Assembly: GCA_964636545.1 (NCBI GenBank)
Contig: CAZWSR010000002.1
Span: forward strand, 47,130 to 111,129
Length of the DNA: 64,000 bases
Direction of reading: 5' to 3'
Source: Candidatus Undinarchaeota archaeon
GTDB lineage: Archaea > Undinarchaeota > Undinarchaeia > Undinarchaeales > UBA543
Shown here: positions 38,488-47,082 of the stretch, piece after piece
Layout: each line of letters begins with the position of its first letter
Position numbering within the stretch: position 1 is the stretch's first letter
Program-made: the position numbers and the translations under genes
Notes under the pieces: model-generated
Seen by the model: the letters and a program-made list of their open reading frames with translations, nothing else
Databases searched by the model: none
What the model was told of the DNA's origin: nothing

Positions 38488-38739
38488 TTGTGAGAGTTAG
38501 CTCATGTGTTAAAGTGTTTTTGAAAAATGTGAGACCGAAAAAATAGGTCTAACATTTTTGTGAGGGGCATCGGAGCATCGTAAATTCGTAGAGCCGGGGC
38601 GCCGGGGCGACGTAAAGTGGTTTTGTGAGTGAAAAACCAATTTGTGAGAGTTTGTGCAGAACCAAAATACAACAAATCAAAAAGTTAGATCAAAAACATG
38701 CATTTGTAAGTGCTAAAAACTCTAAAATATTTTTGTGAG
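38488..38739 (-). repeat. CTCACAA array, right arm (reads TTGTGAG on +; 5 copies plus 1 variant)
   Basis: TTGTGAG at 38488, 38558, 38623, 38642, 38733; ATGTGAG at 38527. Confidence 0.85.
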
Positions 38740-38879
38740 GATTAGAAAATGGTTGGTGGTTGGTAGTTTGTGGTTGGTTGATGAACTAAAAAATACACAA
38801 ACTAAAACCCAAAAACCAATATGTTGCGCACCAGTTTAGTTTTTCATTCTACCCACCACCCACAACCAACTACCTACTA

Positions 38880-38898
38880 CTATACAGGTGTATAGACA
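38880..38898 (-). repeat. Right 19-bp inverted repeat
   Basis: CTATACAGGTGTATAGACA, the reverse complement of 35218-35236. Confidence 0.9.
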
Positions 38899-38992
38899 CC
38901 ATTTATTTTCAAGCCATTTTTCATAATAACTAAAAACCGCCATCTAGCACCTAACCAATAACCTTAAAAGCCACCAGCCATTATTACAAATC

Positions 38993-39616
38993 ATGCCTAA
39001 TCCACAGCTATTAGCTTACGTGCGCCAGAACCTCCAACTCAACTATTCTGAAGAACAAATACGCAATGCCCTAATCACTGCTGGCTACAATATGCGCGAT
39101 ATTGATGATGCACTTGATTCTGTTCTGCATCCCCAAGATCTTGCTCAAGTTCAACAAGCTCAACCACAAAAACCAGAAGCAGTCGCCCAACAAAACTTTC
39201 TCCACAAAATCCCAACCTGGATGATTGGCGCCGCTGTTGGCGGAATTTTCCTACTTGTTGTAATCATAATTCTTCTCATTCCAAGCGGAGATGCTCCCTC
39301 TGGTCTTCTTTCAGAAAATGGAATCAAAGTTTCCGCATACGACTTTGCTTGCGCAGGTCCTGGATCAACATTGACAATCACAATCAACAACGATGGCTTT
39401 GAAACCTTGTCAGATATTCAGCTTTTCGTGGATGACGCCTTTCAACAAGACCAACTCGTTCCATCACTAGAACCAGATGCCTCCGGCACATATTCGTACT
39501 CAGGCATCGATTGCACAGAATGGGTACAAGGGAAAACCATAAAAATCGTTTCTGACAAGGCAGTAGTAGAAGGACCAATCGATTTCAAGTGCACTTCAGG
39601 TGCATGCTCAGGCTAG
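38993..39616 (+). CDS. Single-TM protein with a small N-terminal helical domain and an extracellular Ig/CARDB-like domain
   Basis: LLAYVRQNL...EQIRNALITAGY...IDDA; TM helix; TITINNDG..TLSDI beta-sandwich. Confidence 0.7.
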   Translation: MPNPQLLAYVRQNLQLNYSEEQIRNALITAGYNMRDIDDALDSVLHPQDLAQVQQAQPQKPEAVAQQNFLHKIPTWMIGAAVGGIFLLVVIIILLIPSGDAPSGLLSENGIKVSAYDFACAGPGSTLTITINNDGFETLSDIQLFVDDAFQQDQLVPSLEPDASGTYSYSGIDCTEWVQGKTIKIVSDKAVVEGPIDFKCTSGACSG

Positions 39617-39617
39617 G

Positions 39618-39682
39618 TGTCAGGTATCAGCTGTCAGCCATCAGGTCAAGAGACCTGACTGCTGAGGGCTCACACCTTAACC
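39618..39682 (+). repeat. TCAGCCA/TGAGGGC heptamer-built intergenic element, copy 1
   Basis: Shares GTCAGCCATCAG and TGACTGCTGAGGGC..TCACACCTTAACC with 56962-57026 (minus strand). Confidence 0.75.
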
Positions 39683-39698
39683 CATAGGAAAAACTCAA

Positions 39699-40745
39699 AT
39701 GGATCAATTACTAAAAAAACTTTCAGAAGCACCAAGCATCTCCGGCTATGAGGAGAATGTTGGCAAACTCATCAAAGCCGAGCTCAAGGGCAAGGTTGAT
39801 GAGATCCGAGAGGACTCTTTCGGAAACATCATAGCATGCAAAGGCAAGGGCAAAACCAGGGTCATGCTCGCTGCTCACATGGACGAAGTTGGATTGATGG
39901 TAAAACACATTGATGACAACGGCTTCATAAAATTCACCCGCATTGGCGGACTGGACAATCAAGTAATTCTCTGTCAGCGCGTTCAAGTTCACACTCGCAA
40001 AGGAGTTCTTCCTGGTGTTCTTGGTGCAAAACCTGTTCACATGATGAAGGAAGAAGAATCAAAAATGGCAATCAAGTCAGAAGCTATGTTTATTGACGTA
40101 GGTTTCAAAGATAAGAAAGCTGTTGAATCTGCTGGCGTCAGAATCGGCGACTGGATTAGTTTTGAGCGAGAAACAACAAAACTTGGAACCAGAATCACTG
40201 GAAAAGCATTTGATAACCGAGTTGGTTGTGCAGTTCTTATTGAATTAATGAAAAAAATAAACCCAAATTGCGAAGTTTATGGTGTATTCACCACTCAAGA
40301 AGAAGTTGGATTAAAAGGGGCGCGTGTTTCCGCTTTTGGTATTGACCCACACTTTGCTTTAGCAATTGACACAGACCTAGTTGGCGACACACCTGGCCTA
40401 ACTGCAGATGAGTGCACTGCCAGCTTAGGCAAAGGTCCAGTAATCACAATCTCAGACGGCGGCAGAGGAGATTCTTCTGGAAGTGGTTTAATGACAAGTA
40501 GAAAAATCATTGACTGGCTTGAAGATTCTGCAAAAAAAGCAAAAATCAAATACCAAATGCTCGTTTCATCTGGCGGAACAACTGATGCAACAATAATTGC
40601 ACTAAATCGCTCAGGCGTCCCAACTGGAACTCTTGGAATCCCAACTCGATACTTGCACACCCCAGTCCAAGTTCTTGATATGGAAGACGCCAGAGACATG
40701 ATAAAATTAGTTGAAAGTGCATTGAATAATTTACCAAATCTTTAA
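39699..40745 (+). CDS. M42 family aminopeptidase (TET/Frv-like)
   Basis: AAHMDEVG, KAFDNR, QEEVGL.GA, GTTDA, RYLH. Confidence 0.93.
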   Translation: MDQLLKKLSEAPSISGYEENVGKLIKAELKGKVDEIREDSFGNIIACKGKGKTRVMLAAHMDEVGLMVKHIDDNGFIKFTRIGGLDNQVILCQRVQVHTRKGVLPGVLGAKPVHMMKEEESKMAIKSEAMFIDVGFKDKKAVESAGVRIGDWISFERETTKLGTRITGKAFDNRVGCAVLIELMKKINPNCEVYGVFTTQEEVGLKGARVSAFGIDPHFALAIDTDLVGDTPGLTADECTASLGKGPVITISDGGRGDSSGSGLMTSRKIIDWLEDSAKKAKIKYQMLVSSGGTTDATIIALNRSGVPTGTLGIPTRYLHTPVQVLDMEDARDMIKLVESALNNLPNL

Positions 40746-40973
40746 ATGGACAAAACAAAATACGCTGCATATCTTGGAATTCTTTTGATAGCACTAATCC
40801 TCTTGGCAGCGGTTTTCGTGTATTTCGGAACTCCACCAGAAGAACGCTCTGACTTTTTTGAACCACAAGGAGTCTGCATTTGCATTAACCCCGATACAAA
40901 CATTGCAGTTAATAATTGCGAATGTCAAATATTACAAGAAGGCGCTTCTTTTGAAGTAAATATTGAAACCTAA
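40746..40973 (+). CDS. Small membrane-anchored protein with CxC...CxC
   Basis: TM ending in VYFGTP; CIC and CEC motifs. Confidence 0.6.
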   Translation: MDKTKYAAYLGILLIALILLAAVFVYFGTPPEERSDFFEPQGVCICINPDTNIAVNNCECQILQEGASFEVNIET

Positions 40974-41012
40974 AGTTTAAAAACACCCCAACCCAATTCC
41001 AGCTGAGGGAAA

Positions 41013-42293
41013 ATGATTGACATAAAATTACTCAGAGACAATCCTGAAATTATCAAGGACTCCCAGCGGAAGCGCGGTGCTGACTTGAAAGTAATAGACC
41101 ACGCCATTGACCTTGACAAAAAATGGCGCGATGAAGCAAAACAACTTGATGAACTCAAACACGACCGAAATCAATGCAATGAAGAAATCGCTCGATTAAA
41201 AAAATCACAAAAAGACGCATCTGCAAAAATAAAAAGCATGCAGAAACTCGGCAAGAAAATAGCAAATCTAGAACAAGAAACTGAAAATACTCTAAATGTT
41301 CGAAACGACATACTTTCTAGAATCCCAAACATTCTTCACGACTCAGTTCCACCTGGAGAAACTGAGCAAGATTCTGTTCCAATTAGCCACTGGGGTAAAA
41401 AACCAACGTTCAAATTCAAACCAATTTCACACGTCGACATTGGAGCAGCATGCGGTATTTTCGACATAGAACGCGCTGCAAAAACTTCAGGTGCTCGCTT
41501 CTACTTTATGAAAAACGAAGGAGTCCTTCTTGAACTTGCATTAATCAACTACACAATGGACTACCTGAACAAAGCTGGCTTCACTTTAACAATTCCGCCA
41601 AATCTTGTCCGAGAACGAGCAATGTTCGGCGCTGGAATGCTCCCACTTTACAAAGATGAAATTTACAAAATCGAAAACGAGGAACTTTACCTTATTCTAA
41701 CCAGCGAACACGCACTCGCAGGTATGCACATGGATGAAGTTCTTGAAAAAGAGCAACTTCCACTCCGCTACTGCGGACTTTCGCCTTGCTACCGCACAGA
41801 AGCAGGAGCACACGGCCGAGATCAGAAAGGAATTTTCCGAGTTCACCAATTTGAAAAAGTTGAAATGTTCACATTCACAACACCAGAACAGTCGTGGGAC
41901 GAGCACGACATACTTCTCAAACACGCTGAAAAACTTGTTCAAAGTTTGAAAATCCCATACCGCGTAACAAATATTTGCACAGCAGACATGGGTAGCACCG
42001 CTTCCAAAAAATACGACATTGAAGCCTGGTTCCCTGGACAGGACGCATACCGCGAACTTATCAGCTGTTCAAACTGCACAGATTATCAAGCTCGTCGTCT
42101 TAATATCCGCTACCGCGATCCAAACACTGAAAAACCAACCAATGTCCACACTCTAAATTCAACTGCAATGCCAATTAGCCGTGCAATGGTTGCAATAATG
42201 GAGAATTACCAAAAATCAGATGGTTCATTCAAAATCCCTAAAGTTCTTCAACAATACATGGGTGGGCTTAAGGAGATAGCAGTCAAAAAATAA
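41013..42293 (+). CDS. serS: Seryl-tRNA synthetase
   Basis: MIDIKLLRDNP, N-terminal coiled-coil arm, YRTEAG..G, RVHQFEKVE, SCSNCTDYQARRL, HTLNST. Confidence 0.97.
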   Translation: MIDIKLLRDNPEIIKDSQRKRGADLKVIDHAIDLDKKWRDEAKQLDELKHDRNQCNEEIARLKKSQKDASAKIKSMQKLGKKIANLEQETENTLNVRNDILSRIPNILHDSVPPGETEQDSVPISHWGKKPTFKFKPISHVDIGAACGIFDIERAAKTSGARFYFMKNEGVLLELALINYTMDYLNKAGFTLTIPPNLVRERAMFGAGMLPLYKDEIYKIENEELYLILTSEHALAGMHMDEVLEKEQLPLRYCGLSPCYRTEAGAHGRDQKGIFRVHQFEKVEMFTFTTPEQSWDEHDILLKHAEKLVQSLKIPYRVTNICTADMGSTASKKYDIEAWFPGQDAYRELISCSNCTDYQARRLNIRYRDPNTEKPTNVHTLNSTAMPISRAMVAIMENYQKSDGSFKIPKVLQQYMGGLKEIAVKK

Positions 42294-42294
42294 A

Positions 42295-43173
42295 ATGGAT
42301 CTTTCTCGTTTAACTGCTCCAATCATAATCACAGGAATTCTATGTGGTCTCTTCTTTCCGATTTTCAAAATATTTTCACCAATAATAACTGTCCTTCTTG
42401 GCATTGTCATTTTCTCAGTCTGCCTGAACATCAGTGTGGACAGCATTGCTGAATCTCTTAAAAAACCCAAACAGCACGGGATAATGCTTCTAGTCTTATT
42501 CGTGCTTCAGCCGCTTGCAACTTGGCTAATAGCTCGCCAATTTGTTCAAAACCCACTCATTCTCGCAGGTATAGTTCTTGTCAGCGCAGGTCCGACCCCC
42601 ACTGGCCTTGGTTTTTGGATCCATTCAATAAAAGGAAACGTCTCACTCTCACTTACTTTCACTGCTATCTCTCATCTTCTTACTCCACTCATAATTCCTG
42701 CTATTGCGTACTCGTTACTTGGCTCATATGTAACTGTCCCAGTTCTTGGAATGGCCCGCACTTTAGCACTAACAATCCTCATCCCAATGGTGCTCGCCCT
42801 TTTCCTGCAGCGATTCCATGACATTAAAAAATACACCAGTATAATCGCGCTCCCTGCATATTTCCTCTTAATCGCAACAATGATTTCCCTCAATGCAGAA
42901 ACTCTATTCGCTGGCACAGACCTTCTCATCATAACGATTTTCATTATCTTCCAATCAATCTTCAGCTTTGGTTCAGCGTACTTGCTTTCTCCTGGCTGGC
43001 CAAAAAGAGACAGAGAAGTTTTACTTATTGGAGCATTCACTAGAAACAACGCAATCATCATGGCAGTTGCAATTGCTGGTTTCGGGGCACTTGCAGCACT
43101 TCCTGGAGTTGTTGCAATAATAATCCAGCTCATGCTTGTTGCAATTTACCTCCACTTTAAAAAACCAGAGTGA
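42295..43173 (+). CDS. Bile acid:sodium symporter (BASS) family transporter
   Basis: About 9 TM helices; AGPTP, KGNVSLS, TRNN motifs. Confidence 0.8.
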   Translation: MDLSRLTAPIIITGILCGLFFPIFKIFSPIITVLLGIVIFSVCLNISVDSIAESLKKPKQHGIMLLVLFVLQPLATWLIARQFVQNPLILAGIVLVSAGPTPTGLGFWIHSIKGNVSLSLTFTAISHLLTPLIIPAIAYSLLGSYVTVPVLGMARTLALTILIPMVLALFLQRFHDIKKYTSIIALPAYFLLIATMISLNAETLFAGTDLLIITIFIIFQSIFSFGSAYLLSPGWPKRDREVLLIGAFTRNNAIIMAVAIAGFGALAALPGVVAIIIQLMLVAIYLHFKKPE

Positions 43174-43221
43174 ACCAGTTTTTCCAAAACCTAATAAACC
43201 CCTAAACCTGTCCTTTTCTTC

Positions 43222-44274
43222 ATGACAGAACTGTTAATGACGCCAGGACCAACACTTGTTCCACTTGAAGTTCTAAAAGCAATGGCGCAACCCGTAATTC
43301 ATCACCGTACTCCTGAGTTTATTGAACTTTTCAATGAAACAACTGAACGCCTAAAGCGTGTTTTCAAGACCCAAAACGACACTTTCATCATAGCTGGCTC
43401 TGGAACCGCCTGCATGGAAGCTGCAATCTGCAACACAATTCAAAAAGGCGACAAAGTTCTTTCACTTGTCTCTGGAAAATTCTCAGAACGCCTATCTGAA
43501 ATTGCAAAAACATACGGTGCAGAAGTCACAATCATAGAAGCAGATTGGGGAACTGCAATTGACACTGAATTAGTTAAAAAAGCACTCACTTCAGACACAA
43601 AACTTCTCACAATGGTTTTCAATGAAACCTCAACTGGAGTTCGCAACAACATCCAGCCAATTTCTAATCTTGTCAAAGGAACAGACACACTCTTACTCGT
43701 AGACGCAATATCTGGTCTAGCAGGAGATGAATTTGAAACAGACAAATGGGGGGTTGACCTATGCATTTCTGGTTCTCAAAAATGCTTTGCAGCTGCTACT
43801 AGTCTTGGTTTCATCACAGTTTCACAAAAAGCATGGAACATTATTGAAAATAACCCAACTCCTCGCTACTACCTTGACCTTCGAAAATATAAAGGTGCAA
43901 AACCAACTCCTTTCTCAACTCCAGTAACTTCTATTTACGGACTAAAAACAGCATTAGATTTAATTGCAGCTGAAAAACTAGAAAACAGAATCAAGCGCCA
44001 TGCTGAAATCGCAAAACTCTGCCGAGACGGTGTCAAAAAACTTGGCTTTGAACTCTTCCCAGAGTCAGAAGAAATTTGTTCAAACACTCTCACAGCAGTA
44101 AAATCAGAAAAAGCAGCTGAAATCATAAAAAAACTTCTTGAAAAACACAATATCAGAATCGCAGGAGCTCAAGCACACATGAAAGGAAAAATGTTCAGAA
44201 TCGGCCACATGGGTGCAATCACAAAAGAGCATGTTGAGAAAACATTAGCAGCATTAGAGGATATTCTACAATGA
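43222..44274 (+). CDS. Class V PLP aminotransferase (probable phosphoserine or serine-pyruvate aminotransferase)
   Basis: MTPGPT, HHRTPEF, NETSTG, VDAIS, SGSQK, FRIGHMG; adjacent to serA. Confidence 0.9.
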   Translation: MTELLMTPGPTLVPLEVLKAMAQPVIHHRTPEFIELFNETTERLKRVFKTQNDTFIIAGSGTACMEAAICNTIQKGDKVLSLVSGKFSERLSEIAKTYGAEVTIIEADWGTAIDTELVKKALTSDTKLLTMVFNETSTGVRNNIQPISNLVKGTDTLLLVDAISGLAGDEFETDKWGVDLCISGSQKCFAAATSLGFITVSQKAWNIIENNPTPRYYLDLRKYKGAKPTPFSTPVTSIYGLKTALDLIAAEKLENRIKRHAEIAKLCRDGVKKLGFELFPESEEICSNTLTAVKSEKAAEIIKKLLEKHNIRIAGAQAHMKGKMFRIGHMGAITKEHVEKTLAALEDILQ

Positions 44275-44419
44275 GCCAAACTAACCAATTTCAATTGAAT
44301 TGTTTAAGCCCCTTCGCGAACGAAGTGAGTGAATGGGGCTTCATGCAGTGCGCACTGCACTCCGGAGTGCCACTCAAGAACCAATTCATAAATTTAACCA
44401 ATGGAGGTATCAGCGGAGA

Positions 44420-45325
44420 ATGAAAATAGCAGCAACTGACCCAATCAGTGACACTTGCAAAACAGAATTGCAGAAAATCTGTGAATTCTCTGACCTATCT
44501 GAAGTTCCAAAAGAAGAACTTCCAGCAAAACTTTCTGATTTTGAAGCAATCATAGTCCGCTCAAAAACAAAAGTAACAAAAGAGCTTATTGATTCTGCTC
44601 CAAACCTAAAAGCAGTAATACGCGGCGGTGTTGGCATTGACAACATAGATTCTGAATACTGCAAATCAAAAAACATTCAAGTTCACAACACACCAAACGC
44701 ACCATCTCGCGCAGTTGCAGAACTATCAGTTACTCACATGCTTTCAATGCTTCGCAATGTACCACGAGCTGATGCAACAACAAAAGCTGGTGAATGGCTT
44801 AAAAAAGAATTGAAAGGTCGCGAACTAACTGGAAAAACCGTTGGAATAATCGGCTTTGGCAGAATCGGCTATGAAGTTGGCAGGATTCTCAATGCATTTA
44901 ATTGCGAAATCCTAATTGTAGATCCATATGCAGAATCAAATCTTATTTCTGAAGTAAATGGTCTCAAAGTAGAACTTGACGAACTTTTGGAAAAGTCTGA
45001 CATACTCACAATCCATGTCCCACTTCTTGATTCCACAAAAGGAATGCTTGGTGCAGAACAATTCAAGCAAATGAAGAATGGTGTTCTTATTGTAAACGAT
45101 GCACGTGGTCCAATTGTTGAAGAACAAGCACTATGCGATGCCTTATCTTCAGGAAAAGTTGCAATGGCGGCATTAGATGTTTATTGGGAAAAAACTCCAG
45201 AAGGCTCTTGCATTCTTGAACACAAGGACAAATTAGTTTTAACTCCGCATATTGGGAGTGCAACTTACGAAGCGCAAGACAGGATTGGTAGTGAAATTGT
45301 AGAATTAGTTAAGAATCTTTCTTAA
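44420..45325 (+). CDS. serA: D-3-phosphoglycerate dehydrogenase (no ACT domain)
   Basis: IVRSKTKV, GVGIDNID, GIIGFGRIG, ARG, LTPHIGSATYEAQ; start ATG 44420. Confidence 0.85.
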   Translation: MKIAATDPISDTCKTELQKICEFSDLSEVPKEELPAKLSDFEAIIVRSKTKVTKELIDSAPNLKAVIRGGVGIDNIDSEYCKSKNIQVHNTPNAPSRAVAELSVTHMLSMLRNVPRADATTKAGEWLKKELKGRELTGKTVGIIGFGRIGYEVGRILNAFNCEILIVDPYAESNLISEVNGLKVELDELLEKSDILTIHVPLLDSTKGMLGAEQFKQMKNGVLIVNDARGPIVEEQALCDALSSGKVAMAALDVYWEKTPEGSCILEHKDKLVLTPHIGSATYEAQDRIGSEIVELVKNLS

Positions 45326-46183
45326 CTATCTCCTCTTCTCTCTCCATCTTAACTTATCTCTATAATCTTTCCAATCTTCCCACCACTCATTAGTTTTATT
45401 ATCTATGTATATTTCCCAAACTTTTTTGAAAAAAGGAGACAATTCATATATACTTGAAAATGATCCCACACCACCATGTCCTTTTTTCTTTCGTTTAATA
45501 TACGCTGGTTTCCCATCATATTCTTTATCTAAGTGACCATTTCCAATTGCCGTCTTAACTGTAGCTTCTGCTCGGTTTCCCTCTACACCAAGACCTTTTG
45601 CTAATTCTTTAACTGACAATTCTGGCCCATATTCTGCCAAATAATAAATAATCTTGAAAAAATTTGATGCATTTCTTATATCTCCTTTATAAAAACAATC
45701 AAAACATTCCAATAGCAATCGCACAACCAACTTAATTTCTCCATTTTCCTTTTTTGGAACAATTAATTCATATCTTCTTGCACTTGTTTTTCGCATATGT
45801 CCTTTTTTCTTTATTTCAATTTTGAAATATCTCCTACCCATTGCATCCAAACTATTCAAACTAAATTTCTTCCTTCCTTCCACACTATGAAAAACTCTAT
45901 CTCGTAATTGTTGAGCCGTTACTGCTACATTAATTTTCTTTTTTTCATTGTCTGGATAATACATTTCTCTCATTAAACCATCTTTTTCAGCTAGAACAAA
46001 TTCCTTTACAGTCATTGCAAATGGCATTTCTTCCATATACTCTTCAATTTTCTTAATCCGTTGAATGGTTTTACCATACGATGTTTTTTCTTTTACCCTT
46101 TTCCTACTTTTTCCAATATCTGCCAGTTCCTCAGCTGAAAGGTCTACATTATCCCATGTTTGTTCTAGTTTTTTTCTTATCAT
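45326..46183 (-). CDS. Orphan basic protein, paralogue 3 of a tandem trio (wHTH-like C-terminal half)
   Basis: PFAMT..E.V.AEKDG, VRLLLE..D.F, LSVKELAK, FFKKVWEI...WEDW. Confidence 0.75.
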   Translation of the reverse strand: MIRKKLEQTWDNVDLSAEELADIGKSRKRVKEKTSYGKTIQRIKKIEEYMEEMPFAMTVKEFVLAEKDGLMREMYYPDNEKKKINVAVTAQQLRDRVFHSVEGRKKFSLNSLDAMGRRYFKIEIKKKGHMRKTSARRYELIVPKKENGEIKLVVRLLLECFDCFYKGDIRNASNFFKIIYYLAEYGPELSVKELAKGLGVEGNRAEATVKTAIGNGHLDKEYDGKPAYIKRKKKGHGGVGSFSSIYELSPFFKKVWEIYIDNKTNEWWEDWKDYRDKLRWREKRR

Positions 46184-47068
46184 CTATCTCCTTTTCAAAC
46201 CCCACTCCAACTGAGCTCTTATCTCTTTTTTCTTCCAATCGTCCCACAACTCAATTGTATCTTCATCAATTGCAATTTCCCACACTTCTTTAAAGAATTT
46301 TGTTAAAGTATAAATCTCTAATGGGTTTTCTCGTTTATTTTTTCGTTTTCCTTTTTTCCTTTTTACAAGAGCAGGCCGTTCATTTATTCTTTTCAATAAG
46401 TTTTCCCTTTCAATCGCGTCTGGAATCGACCTATCACTATTTCGTGTTTTTTCATCTTCTTTGTAAATTTTATTAACAAGTTCTTTTGCTGTAAGCCATT
46501 TTTCTCCTGCAGTTGCCAATTCTTGTAATATTTTGAATGACAGTTTTGCATTATCTATTCGCCTCTTCAAAAAAATATCAACATACTCTAGTATCATTCG
46601 CACAGCAATTTTTTTATGCCCCTCTTCCCCAGGCACAGTTGTTAAATATTTTGTTCCATGTTTTTGACGTAATCTAAAATATCCCCAAGCAACATCATCT
46701 AATTCAATTCTTGCTATATCTTCTCCAGCTGCATCTGTGTTATTTACAAGTGCCTCTAATTTAACACTAGTTTGCCAATCTTTTTTCTCTTCTTTGCCTT
46801 TACTTTTTGCTCGATACTCTTTCAAAAACCCACCCCCCTCTGCTCGTACCATTTCAAAAAAGGTTAATGCAAACGGGGTTTTGTGTAAATATTCAACCAC
46901 ATCTTTAATTATTTTTTTTGAATCTTCTTTTGCGTGTTCTCTTCTCTTCTCAGATATATATGAATTAATCTTCTTTGCTTCTGCAAAATCAACTTTCTTC
47001 CAATGAGGTATCTCTGGTTTAGTTGCATTTTCTTTTTGTCTCTTTTTCAGTTTCTTTTTCCATTCCAT
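46184..47068 (-). CDS. Orphan basic protein, paralogue 2
   Basis: PFALTFFEMVRAEGGG, KKIAVRMILEYVDIFLKRRI, FFKEVWEI..DEDTIELWDDWKKK. Confidence 0.75.
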   Translation of the reverse strand: MEWKKKLKKRQKENATKPEIPHWKKVDFAEAKKINSYISEKRREHAKEDSKKIIKDVVEYLHKTPFALTFFEMVRAEGGGFLKEYRAKSKGKEEKKDWQTSVKLEALVNNTDAAGEDIARIELDDVAWGYFRLRQKHGTKYLTTVPGEEGHKKIAVRMILEYVDIFLKRRIDNAKLSFKILQELATAGEKWLTAKELVNKIYKEDEKTRNSDRSIPDAIERENLLKRINERPALVKRKKGKRKNKRENPLEIYTLTKFFKEVWEIAIDEDTIELWDDWKKKEIRAQLEWGLKRR

Positions 47069-47082
47069 TTTAACAATCTTCC

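Noticed and set aside
35568-38898. Integrated virus or plasmid at tRNA-Gly
   Set aside because: No integrase, no duplicated tRNA 3' end (att) seen, and the tRNA lies inside the inverted repeats
35218-38898. Transposon or casposon with terminal inverted repeats
   Set aside because: No transposase, Cas1 or PolB inside; no clear target-site duplication; the cargo looks like core genes
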